DNA from: Dicyema japonicum
Lineage: Eukaryota; Animalia; Dicyemida
Direction of reading: 5' to 3'
Assembly: GCA_011109175.1 (NCBI GenBank)
Contig: RDEW01000004.1
Location: forward strand, 1,252,667-1,316,666
DNA length: 64,000 nucleotides
Each line of letters begins with the position of its first letter. The stretch's first letter is position 1. Shown here one piece after another: positions 51,901 through 62,534 of the stretch. The notes under the pieces were generated by a model. That model saw only the letters and a list, made by a program, of their open reading frames with translations, was not told the origin of the DNA and made no database searches. Both the position numbers and the translations under genes were made by a program.

Positions 51901-52448
51901 GGCCAGTTGATATTGATTACCGATTTGAGCAGAACTCTGTGGAAAGAGTTAAGACGGTCCATTGCTTAGAGATTCCCCAAGTCCCAGAGTCGTATGTTAG
52001 TAGCCACAGCAGACGTTACCTTTGATAGCTGAAATCAATGTCAATCATTGTCAAAAAATAACTTCGTTACCTGAAGACAAGTTCTGGAACGCTGGAACGA
52101 ATCAGGATCAANATGTTAGTAGCCACGTTACCTTTGATAGCTGAAATCAATGTCAAAAAATAACTTCGTTACCTGAAGACAAGTTCTGGAACGCTGGAAC
52201 GAATCAGGATCAAGGAGTTAGTTGGCTACCCTTTATCTGGAATAAATTTATATCCGATTTAAGCCACACCAATGATTCTGGGAGTGGCGCTTATATTTAC
52301 AGAACATGTCTGTTACTCACGAAATGAGAATCCTGAAGATGATCTCAAAACCTCTCTAAAGGAACGCTGGGCTCCTTTCCGCTGGCTCCTTTTTACAACC
52401 GGCATTAATTTACGTCAGTGAATCGTGGTCGATGGCAATTTCCAGCTC

Positions 52449-52620
52449 TACTCTTCTGAAACTGTCCACAATCCAGGAATCCGCCAAAAGATTAATTTGC
52501 CGAAACTTTTTGTTTGCCTCTCTGAAAGCAGTTTTACTCTTCTGAAACTGTCCACAATCCAGGAATCCGCCAAAAGATTAATTTGCCGAAACTTTTTGTT
52601 TGCCTCTCTGAAAGCAGTTT
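52449..52620. repeat. Two-copy tandem duplication, 86-nt unit
   Basis: Units start at 52449 and 52535 and appear identical. Confidence 0.9.
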
Positions 52621-53130
52621 TTATTGGACAGAGGATGATGAGGGAAGCTACTCTGCCTAACAGCCCCCTTTGTAAAGCCATGAACAAATATCTTAAAAAC
52701 AGTCCTCGAAACGAGATAAAACATGTCCTCTCTAGGATACAAGAGGACGTTTTCCGTCATACATTTAATGGTAGAGTTAGAGCAAATACGTCTAAACTAA
52801 CATTATCTATCTGAAAACTACATGTTTATGCACAACACTGGGGAGGGTGACAAAAGACTCTACTGAACTGTATGACTTTTACTTTCAGATCAATAAGACT
52901 GGAAATAACGGAATCTTCTAGAGACTGTTCGGACATATTTTAAGGCGGATTTAACCTCACAATCGAATATAGCAATGGAAGGGTATTATGCTCGGCAGGA
53001 AGGATGTTTTTTGTGGAAGGTCGAAAGCAACTCTTCAGTTGTCATAGGAAATGACCTGAAAACACTGATAAGGAATTGAGATCCCCAGATGACCAAGACT
53101 TATTGATCTGGGATAGGAAGAGATTGACAT
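52620..53130 (+). mobile_element. RTE-like 3' fragment, decayed
   Basis: RLFGHILR...IAMEGYY...IGNDLKTL, similar to 62647-62949. Confidence 0.55.
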
Positions 53131-54200
53131 CTAAAACTGTGTCCTCTGCCCCACATGGGGGTATTATGGGTCTCATGAAGGTGCTATGCAGTCTGTGTCC
53201 AGCCACTAAACTTCACTACAAAACATGTTAAATCCAAGATTTTCTTCCTCGATAATTTGTATAAGTTACTATCCTTAGTAGAAATGAAAACATTAAGTGT
53301 ACTATGGTTCTGTCATAAAGCACTAGGGTTGCATCACCAGCTCCACCTTCCGACTAATCACTAAAACATTTGGATTCTCAATTTAAGTTTTTTTTGAAAC
53401 CTTTCAAGTCATTTTTTTAGTTTTAAAGTTACCCAGGATTATGCCTTTATTCTTGAGTGAGTAACCATCAGCTTTAAATTCAGCCAGATCTCATATTTTA
53501 AGATGTTACCCCCACGATAGCAATAGTGATCAACTTGGAGATACCACTGGATTCTCTGACGTCATGACTTGTGAGTTTACTCAGACTTTCTACTATACCT
53601 TGATTTGTCCTGACAGTAATTGTGGATAACAACCGATTCTTCAAAGCAAATTTGGTTTCTAACGTTCTTATAATTAAATATTCAAACTACTCTGTTTGTC
53701 TTCCATGTTTGTCTCGAGGGCGTTTATGTGACTTCCGAATAACTAGAAAAATATTTAAATAAATGACGAAAATAATTAATTCTGGCGAAATCGGCATTGT
53801 CGTTCAAATAAGGGTATTTTAATATCTAAAAGAAACTTCAATTAGTGCCCTCGACAAAATGAGACCGTTACATATTTCAACATTCGAAACAGTACTTTTG
53901 TCTTTCAACTTCCGTGATAGACCAGACCAGTAATTGGCAAAACAAGGTAAAGAACCCATAACTTACTGACATTATTGTACAAATGTCAAATATTACTGAT
54001 ATCTAGCAACAAATGTCAAATATACTAATTAAGTTCCCACATGTGCCGCATACGAGACGGTAGTTCACCCAATAAAATTATTAAATTCCAATAGTGGTGA
54101 GATACTGGATGATTCAGTCAATAGGGCGGAAATAATATGATTTTTAGGACATTTTTAAAACAAAATATTACAATTAGGACATCTTAAGAAAAAATAGGAC

Positions 54201-54462
54201 AATTATATCATTTTTTTATTTTTCATTGCAGACGAACGTTGTGCTACTTCATGAAGTTCAATGAGGGGGCCGGTGTAGTATTTTATTATCATCAAGTAAT
54301 AAAATAATTTTCAATATCCCCCTTTACAGAAAATTATATCATTTTTTTATTTTTCATTGCAGACGAACGTTGTGCTACTTCATGAAGTTCAATGAGGGGG
54401 CCGGTGTAGTATTTTATTATCATCAAGTAATAAAATAATTTTCAATATCCCCCTTTACAGAA
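54201..54462. repeat. Two-copy tandem duplication, 131-nt unit
   Basis: Units start at 54201 and 54332 and appear identical. Confidence 0.9.
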
Positions 54463-55487
54463 ATAGAACTGATTTTTTCAAAATAGATTTTTGCCATTGA
54501 TGTTTCGTAATTTCAAAAAGTTCATGAAACAAATTTTCATTCACTATTGACCGCCTTACATTGGCAAAAAAATCCCTTCGTCTTCAAAAATTATTCACTG
54601 TCATTTATTACAATGAGATTTTCGGATTAATAAAATGGCGCTTTAAGGAACTCCCCCGTCTTGTGATAAATCTCACACGTATTCTGCGCTTATCAATTTC
54701 AAAAGAGAAATGTTCATTTTTCAATTAAGTCGTTAAAAGTGTGATATTTTTGACATGAAAAATTTATTTTCAAAAACACAAAAATTAATCAAAAATGATC
54801 CCCGCCGACTTAATCGACGTTGAGTTGCCTCTTGCGATCGCAACAGAGATCTACTGGAGAAGCCACCGAGTCTCACGTACGTCGTGGTTTTTTACTGTAG
54901 CTAGGCGTCCAAGTTTATGAAATGAAACGATTTTTTTGACAATATATTCATTGCACAATTTTAAAAAAATGAAAAAAACAAGTAATATGAAAAATTTTAT
55001 TATTTTCATTTTTCAATATCTTACAGCCTTCATCATATAAATTATATCAAATTTGAAATTTTATAAAAAACTTGTCTAATTTTTTAATTATATAATTTAT
55101 TTTATTTTATTGAACCAAAAAACCTACCGGTATATCCAAATAACAAGAAAAAGGTTTGAATTTTCTCGTGGCATCATGTGGTTCACCTTTTGTGGTGACG
55201 CTCAGTGTAATAATACACCAAAAAGAACCATTTGCTCTTCCCCATCCAGACTCTTTATGCCTGGATGGTATACCTCAAATAAATAAATAAATAACAAGAA
55301 AAAGGTGATTCCAGCCTCTTTCATCAGTTTCAGCATCTTTTTCGGTGTTCCGACTGCGTTCCTGCACACTTCCGATATGAAAGAAGTCCGCATACTCAAG
55401 TCCTTCGCAGGGGCACTGTTCCAGTCGCCTCTACCATATTTTTTAGATTTCTTGGCAGAATTTTCACTCGGGAATATTTCCTTAGTA

Positions 55488-56042
55488 CAGTGGTTTCCAA
55501 CCTTTTGAGAGCACGGAACCCTATCGACATTTTTCATGTCAATAATGTTCGGATTCTTATTTTTCGCAATAAGAACAAAGCCTTTAAATTGCCCAGTCAA
55601 TGTTTTTCGTTTATTTTGATTTTTTTGTAAAATGGGATGCTTTTACTTTATTCTGGTCCAAATTCCGCATAAAATATTTTTCTGAAAGTTCTGGGGGCTT
55701 GGTTGAGAAATAACGTCCAAGTTTTGTTGGAGCTATAACACTATTCGCAAGTTTTTCACCGCAAACAGCACAAAGTAATAAAGGGCAATCCATGTCCCCA
55801 GTGTGAAACCAAAGGCAATATAACTTTCTCGATACGATCGAACTTTTAGATATGCACTGTCACAAGATTCTTCTGAAAAAAATAATTAAAAAAATTTTTG
55901 GAACTTCGCAGAACCCCTAGATTATTTCGCGGAACCCAGGTTGCACTTTCACAAGACTCTTTTGAAAAAAAGAATTAAAAAAATTTTTGGAACTTCGCAG
56001 AACCCCTAGATTATTTCGCGGAACCCAGGTTGGGAACCGCCG
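55488..56042 (-). mobile_element. Non-autonomous hAT (Buster-type) element with duplicated subterminal region
   Basis: TIRs CAGTGGTTTCCAAC and GTTGGGAACCGCCG; degenerate TA-centred TSD; BED-like remnant CAVCGEKLANS..PTKL. Confidence 0.7.
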
Positions 56043-56219
56043 CCTAGTAGGTTTGCTGCCTTTATTTGAATGTTGCATATAATCGAATGTACTGAATTTA
56101 TAGTTGTTTTCAAATGTATAAAATCTCTGTTTTACAAATTGTTTCGACAATTACATTTTTTACATTTAAATTATTTACCAGTAAATGTTACTTTCATCAA
56201 TAATTAATAGAATACTCAT

Positions 56220-56830
56220 TCGACTTTTATGGAAACAGAAGACTTTCAACGTAGGGTTCGATTCTTCCCCTCACGTTGGTACTTGGCTGAACGCGTTCCC
56301 ATCATCGTCAATCGGTTCCCTTCTTTAACAGAACGCCCTCCGGAATGGGATTTCTCTCCGTCTCGGGATCGACCTGTGACAGCCTCATACATGCCGTTGT
56401 GGATCTGTTGTGGACTGCAAATGACTTCACCAGATCTATTGCCGTCTCAACAGAGACCGGTTCCCGACGCATACAGCCACAAAAGGGGTTAAGAAGCGCT
56501 TTCTTGAGGCGTCTGGTTTTCCGTCGTCTCTGGAACCGGTGGACCTGGATCATAAAGATGGAAAGCACCAAGACGTACCGACACCTTTTCCTAGTCGAGA
56601 CTTGCTGATTCCGCGTTGAAAGTTGGGGAGGCTGTTCAGCCTCTCCACAAGATTCCATGTTCAGCCCTTTGTTGTCCTAAGACGGTCTATTTTCTAAGAT
56701 CGCTTGGGACAATGATTTCGAAAGTTAGCAACGAACATCGGGAAACCGAATGGTTGTTCCAAAGGATTTCTCTGGCAGTTGTCAGGGGAAACAGCCATTC
56801 CATTCTATCTGATAGATTGTCTTGTTTCGC
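56220..56830 (+). mobile_element. CRE-like non-LTR retrotransposon, 3' fragment
   Basis: GTWLNAFPSS; WLFQRISLAVVRGNSHSIL. Confidence 0.75.
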
Positions 56831-57265
56831 AATAAATTGTTTTCTTACAAAAAATTAAAAAGAATTGTTTGTAGAAAAATTTGAGGTCTCTATACTTTCT
56901 TGACATTCAGTCTGATGTTATTTTTTACTAAAATGTTGATCGATGTAGTATTTGTAGATGATTTTACTATCTTAGAGCATTTTTGGCAAAATAAATCTCC
57001 TTTATGTGTTTTTGTAAATAATTATAATTTTTTCTAAATTTTATTTGAAATTCGTTCCTCATTTTTGCCTCTGAGATCTAATGGTTTTAATAATTGAGAA
57101 AATAATACAAACCTTAAAAGTACGAAAATATTTTCGTAGCCACATTAGGAACCTCACTTAGTCAGCATCACTCATTAAAGGAAGTGCTTCATTCTAAGGA
57201 AGCAATGCCGTAAATATCAATATTTTGAATATAAATTTAATTTACGCAATTCCAAGAAATTCTCG

Positions 57266-57511
57266 ATGAATCGCAGATTCAGATTTTCTGAAAACCCAAT
57301 CGTCGAAGATCAATTGCTCGCTTTATGGCAGTCATCATTAATTTTGGAGGAACGCATTAATACAATTTCTCAGAACCTCAATATCTTCAGAACACCCCCA
57401 AGAACACAATTACTGCCGATTAAGAGAATGCCCACTAGAAATAATTTAATTGACTTGAAAATGAGAGTGAAGAAACTCAATTCGGTGAAACGACGACTTA
57501 GATTTCACTAA
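57266..57511 (+). CDS. Possible 81-aa basic microprotein
   Basis: ATG-initiated ORF followed by AATAAA about 13 nt after the stop; this length can arise by chance. Confidence 0.3.
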   Translation: MNRRFRFSENPIVEDQLLALWQSSLILEERINTISQNLNIFRTPPRTQLLPIKRMPTRNNLIDLKMRVKKLNSVKRRLRFH

Positions 57512-57740
57512 CGATTTCATTTTTAATAAATCTTATTAAATTGTCAATCTCTCGCATTTATACAAGGGTGTTGTAAGTAGTGCTCATTCAGTATTTAGCC
57601 ATTCTGGCAGTCAAAGTCCATGGTTGACTTTAACAAAGAACTGAAGCTTGGGGGTAGCAAGTGAGTAGTTCATATTTCAAAATAATCACGAAGAATCGAT
57701 TAATTACATAGATATAATCAACAATATAAATGTTACTTAA

Positions 57741-57950
57741 TATAAGTTGTATTATGTAATTATTTTTTATATATTAAACAATTTATTAAAAAAATAGACA
57801 ACTTTCGAAATCATTGACCCAAGCGATCTTAGAAAAAAACCGTCTTATAAGTTGTATTATGTAATTATTTTTTATATATTAAACAATTTATTACAAAAAT
57901 AGACAACTTTCGAAATCATTGACCCAAGCGATCTTAGAAAAAAACCGTCT
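57741..57950. repeat. Two-copy tandem duplication, 105-nt unit
   Basis: Units start at 57741 and 57846 and are nearly identical. Confidence 0.9.
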
Positions 57951-58575
57951 TAGGACAACAAAGAATTTTGTGGAGAGGATGTCGTATTTTTTATTTTGAC
58001 ATTCTCGAAAGTCCGAGCAGCCTCCCCAGCTTTCAATTCGGAACCAGCAAGTCTCGACTGGGAATGGGTGTTGGTACATGCCTTTACATTGCCCTCTATT
58101 CATGGACCCACAAAAGGAATAGATATATTTCGGGAATTTGGGGAATGTCTTAAACAGCAAAACTGGATCCCTTGAAAATGGTTTCGATTGCAACTGACGG
58201 ATACTCTTCAATGATTGGATATAAAAATGGTCTTCAAGGACTCGTCATTAAATTAAAATTTCAATTTTAAATTTCCCAAATTTGGTTACGAATGCGTATA
58301 ACAATGCGTTTGTATTTGGATCAACGTATGTTTGTGAAGCTTTGTTCAGCGGATCAAATTTCTCAACCAATTAATTGATAAACATTATATGCAAATCTAA
58401 CGTACGTCGTCACCAAAACTGAGTCCCTGTTTTGAAAGAATAGTTGAAGGAAAGTTGATTTAACTCTCACATTAATTTTAGTTAATAAAGTTTAATTTTC
58501 TTAACAAAATTTTTGCGGCCCGCGAACCAATTAATGTTGATTTTACTCGCAGACCAAAAAAGTTGAAATCCATTG
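57950..58575 (+). mobile_element. hAT transposase remnant (GTF2IRD2/SPIN-like), internally deleted
   Basis: LHGPTKGIDIF...MVSIATDGYSSMIGYKNGL; FGSTYVCEALFS; GCGGCCC subterminal motif at about 58515. Confidence 0.65.
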
Positions 58576-58599
58576 ATGTAGACCTACATAACGGATGCG

Positions 58600-59400
58600 G
58601 AGCCTCAGTGCACGCAACGGGGTGTTTCCAAATAATCCGTGTCTTGATTAAAGCTGGACATCACTAATTCTTTCAATTCGTTAAGAAGAGATCGCATCAT
58701 TAAAGTGTGCAGTAAGAAAGCATCTGAGCTCATTCCCTTTGTCAATCTTTCATACGGATCAAATTCCTCTCTGGTTTTTGGGAATGAGATCATCAAATGG
58801 CAGTCCGGAGTACAGCAAGAAACCCGTTAGGGCCACTCCTCTTTGCGTTGAAGATCGATCAAGTCGTTTGTTCCGTCGATACTAAATTCAACCTCTTGTA
58901 TCTTGATGACGGACAATCGGAGGGACATGGAGAAATGTTTATAACAGTCTATAGCACATGGTACCTCCCTTACAAGATCTCGGCCTTTGAGGTCGACAGT
59001 GCAAAATTACGGAAGTACCTTTAGTCCAAAACGGAAGATCATTCCCTCTTTACGAAAAGAGTTGCTATTCTGGACTCGCACACATCTTTTTTGATCATGA
59101 GGAGAAGCTTATGTTTGAAAAAATTTCAATACACTCTTCGGAGTTACCCGTGCTTCGGAAATCGAGATTTTTTACTGAGCCTGGATCAGACGTTGAGGCA
59201 AACAGTCGTGTCACTGAATTTTCATTGTGACAAACTGGGTTGGACACAATGCAAACTTCTTTCAAGTCTCGGAGGAGTTAGCCTAAGATCTGCTTTAGAA
59301 ATCGCCCATCCAGAATACCTATCGTTGCTTTCAAGCTGCAGTCATTTCGTCCGGGAAATCCTATGTCGGCAGCGGGCTTCCCAGCTCAACTTGTCAAATA
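58600..59400 (+). mobile_element. CRE-like retrotransposon RT fragment
   Basis: IKLDITNSFNSLRRD; GVQQ..PLGPLLFAL; FNLLYLDDG; LGGVSLRSA. Confidence 0.8.
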
Positions 59401-60060
59401 TCAACTGAGTGTCGTCTACCTGGATATATTGAAGGCCTTCGATAGTGTTGGCATGACGCACTGTTTTGTCAGCTAGTCACAGCTGAAATCCCGAAACTTT
59501 TACTCGATTTGTTAAGGAATCTTCTGACAGAGAGAAGATCATTTGTGAGATAAGGAGGATTTACTTCTGAAGATATTGTTATGAAGAGGGGAGTGCAACA
59601 AAATCAGTATTGAGTCCTCTTCTCTTTAATATATTTATGAGAGATTTTCCTGCTCCCATGAATGCTAGTACTAACGTGATTATTTATGCGGACAACGTAC
59701 TGATATTAGACATCTCTAATAGTCCGTCGGTCTCGGAAGGAAGATTACGTGGATTTTTGTAGAATTTCTCTGGTGGTGTAAATCCCGAGACTTAAGCCTC
59801 TCAATTGAAAAGTCAAAAGCTATGAGAATTTCACACTATAGAAAGTTTTTTAACAGGAGTACACACTGAGTGGTATCACCAATGTTGATCATTTGGGTTA
59901 TTTTGGTGTCGGTTTTGGATGTAAAGGAGATTATGTTGAAGGTGCTAAAACGAAGAAGAAAAAGATTTACCATGCTCGATTTGAAAAAGGAGACGTTTAT
60001 CTTCATTCAGAAGATACTGTGAAGCTAGAGGAGGTAAACTGCGAAAGAATTCTGGTCTCA
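59400..60060 (+). mobile_element. APE-type LINE RT fragment, decayed
   Basis: YLDILKAFDSV; RGVQQ..LSPLLFNIFMRDFP; IIYADNV. Confidence 0.65.
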
Positions 60061-60069
60061 CGGCAGGAT

Positions 60070-60310
60070 TTTTAATAACGTTATCCACCAAACTAAATAA
60101 ACACGTGATCCCGATATGTTCTAGCAGAGACTTCAATTTGGCCCGATGCTCTCTTCCTCACCCCATACAAGCACAATGACAGGATCTTTGTAGTCACGAT
60201 GGCAGGTTCCACAGTTCATGCGAATCATGAATTAAAGTGGCATTGGAGACTGGGTCTCATCAAAAATCCATCGTTCTGTAAATTTGGAAGCTCTTTTTTG
60301 GCAATTCTCG
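60070..60310 (-). mobile_element. Family A LINE, extreme 3' end
   Basis: MNCGTCHRDYKDPVI...KSLLEHIGIT; signature GGGATCACGTG. Confidence 0.7.
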
Positions 60311-60558
60311 ATTTTCAAAAAATGAAAGTAATTGCTCTTAAATTCCTCTTGAATGCAGAAAACCGAATTTTTGTCTGTTTTACAGGTTCAAACTGCGTAA
60401 ATTATTCGTCCAAAACATTAAGTGCTAACTAACTTAACGTTGTTTTGAAATCAATCCTGAAATTAAATGAAAAATTAAAAAACCACGGTAAAATAGCGTA
60501 ATCCCGACACGTTGCAGTAGTTAAACATCGACCAGAGAAAGAATTGTCTTAAATCAAC

Positions 60559-61021
60559 TTATCTCAGGAGACACAATTCCCTGGCCGGCATCCAAAAGTT
60601 CTTTTCTTTTTGACTCCAGCAGTTCCCACGTGGGAACTGGATGAAACCTATATAAGGGGAATATTTAAAATTTTGTTTATTGATGAGGTCAAAAAGAAAA
60701 TGAATGTAAAATATTGACATATTAAGCGTCTTTATTTGAGATAATTTTTCATCTTTGAATTTCGGAATTGAATTATTCAGTTCTCCAAAAGCGACTTTTA
60801 GTGCCTTCATTCGCTTTCTTTCACGTGCATTTGCCTCTCTTCGTTGTCTCTCATTCTTCACTCGAGTGACCCTAGGAACTTTTAAACATCAAAATTTCGT
60901 TACTTGGAAATTTATTGGAATTTTCAACATTTTCGTTTTTCTTTTGGAAAACAACAATGTTGTGGACATTTGAGTTATTTTTCTGAATTTCTGAGTTTTT
61001 GTAATTCTGTGATGCTTCCAT
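60559..61021 (-). CDS. Class A bHLH transcription factor, PTF1A/Fer1-like; one 25-nt intron (60879-60903)
   Basis: RQRREANARERKRMKALKVAFGELNNSIPKFKDEKLSQIKTLNMSIFYIHFLFDLI, plus two C-terminal Trp motifs (NCWSQKEK and FWMP). The bHLH call is firm; the subfamily is inference. Confidence 0.8.
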
Positions 61022-61639
61022 TAGTAATTCGACAAATTTCCAATTATATTTACCCTTTAAAGTAATCTAATTTAAATTAATTGATTGGTTTCCCCGCGAG
61101 TTTGTTTTCCTTTAATCCTCTATATTTTTGTTAGCTTTGAAAAATAATCTTCAACTCAATTTTATTATCTTCACAGTTAATTTTAATTAATTCAATCAAA
61201 TTTAAAAGTGAAATTGTTTTTCGGCGTGATCTTGAAGATCAAAGGAATTCTGCCGGTTCTGTCGAGAACCAGGTAATCCAGAAAAAGTCGAAACTATAAA
61301 ATAGTTAACCTCCACCATGAAGTAACGTTCGTCCCCCTGCTGTGGTAACTTCCGGAGCTTTCGAACATTTCCCCACGTTTTGTCTTGGTTCGGCCTGGTA
61401 ATTTCCAAGGACACCGATGGCTGTTTGGGCGTATCTCCCTAGCAATCCTTAGAGGAAATAGCGACGCAGTCAGGGGTATCTTCTAGCAATCCTTAGAGGA
61501 AATAGCCCACATCGACTTTCTGCGTAGATTTAAGCACAGAAACTTTCGGGAAGCGTTGAGGTCTTTTGATGAGACAAATAAAAATGGCAAGGATGATAAT
61601 GGGAATCGGAATAACTCGTTGGGTTAATATTACCTTCTT

Positions 61640-62010
61640 TCTCAATATTTTCCGAGTTTGTTATTATAATGCACATTTATATCCTTCCCGTCGCTTGTAC
61701 CACCCCCGGATGATCCGGTCTGTTAGACCCCTCCACGTTCTTCTTGAGATTGCGTTTTTTCGGAGGCTGTCTAGATCATCTGCGTCTTTTAATGACATTT
61801 TAACATGTTTTAGATCCATGTTCATTATTGACGGCAAAGTTTTTCGTGGCTTCACTGAAATGCCCTGAGCAGAGGAAATATGATTCTATAATATCGTAAG
61901 CAGGAAGGCATGATTCATCTGTAATATGTGCCCTAATAATCCCCATCGGGTCTTTGTAATAATTGTATCCGGATTTTGAAATCATATGATCAGTGTATAT
62001 TCTGAACATG
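61640..62010 (-). mobile_element. RTE-like 3' fragment
   Basis: KPRKTLPSIMNMDL..LKDADDLDSLRKNAISRRTWRGL. Confidence 0.6.
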
Positions 62011-62534
62011 GTGGACTTGAAACTAAAAACCCTGAGGAACTAGATTTTCTTAAAGAACCTTAATGGATTGTAACATGTAAGAAAATTCTATTTTTACTGT
62101 CCATTAATGGTGATTGGAATATTAACGCTGTCATCCGTAGAGGGAACATTTAATTGGCCATTGTCGCTGTTGGATCGCGTCTACTTTCAATGAAGTTCTC
62201 ACATTTCGGAACATTTTGAAAATTTGATACCCTGATCTGGCATTGGTGTTTCTTAAGAAGTCCTTTTAATAATAATCACTAAGATGAATGAAGACGAAAG
62301 GAAACCAATCCTATCATTGAATATAAAACCATAGTACCCTAAGACTATTAAATTGTGACGATTAGTGAATGGCGCCTAAAAGGACCATAAAACAATTGCC
62401 CTGACTACGTGGTTGTTCTCTCTCAGGATTCGGTTACTTTTATTCTCTTGAAGGTCTCAGCCTTTAGTAAGATAATTTTATTACTTGGGATAATTCATTA
62501 AAGAAAAAATAGCTATTAGACGTCCTCAGTTCTC

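Larger units (their letters stand above)
50972..54903. repeat. Pair of about 170-nt inverted repeats 3.6 kb apart (50972-51150 and 54720-54903)
   Basis: TGAGACTCGGTGGCTT.TCCA...GATCTCTGT...TATGTCGGCGGG..TCATTTTTGATT occurs on opposite strands; no TSD found. Confidence 0.6.

Noticed and set aside
55330-55480. Myb/SANT-like KKYGRGDW in ORF 55202-55600
   Set aside because: The match is short, the rest of the fold pattern is missing, and the ORF is a chimera running out of a hAT element.
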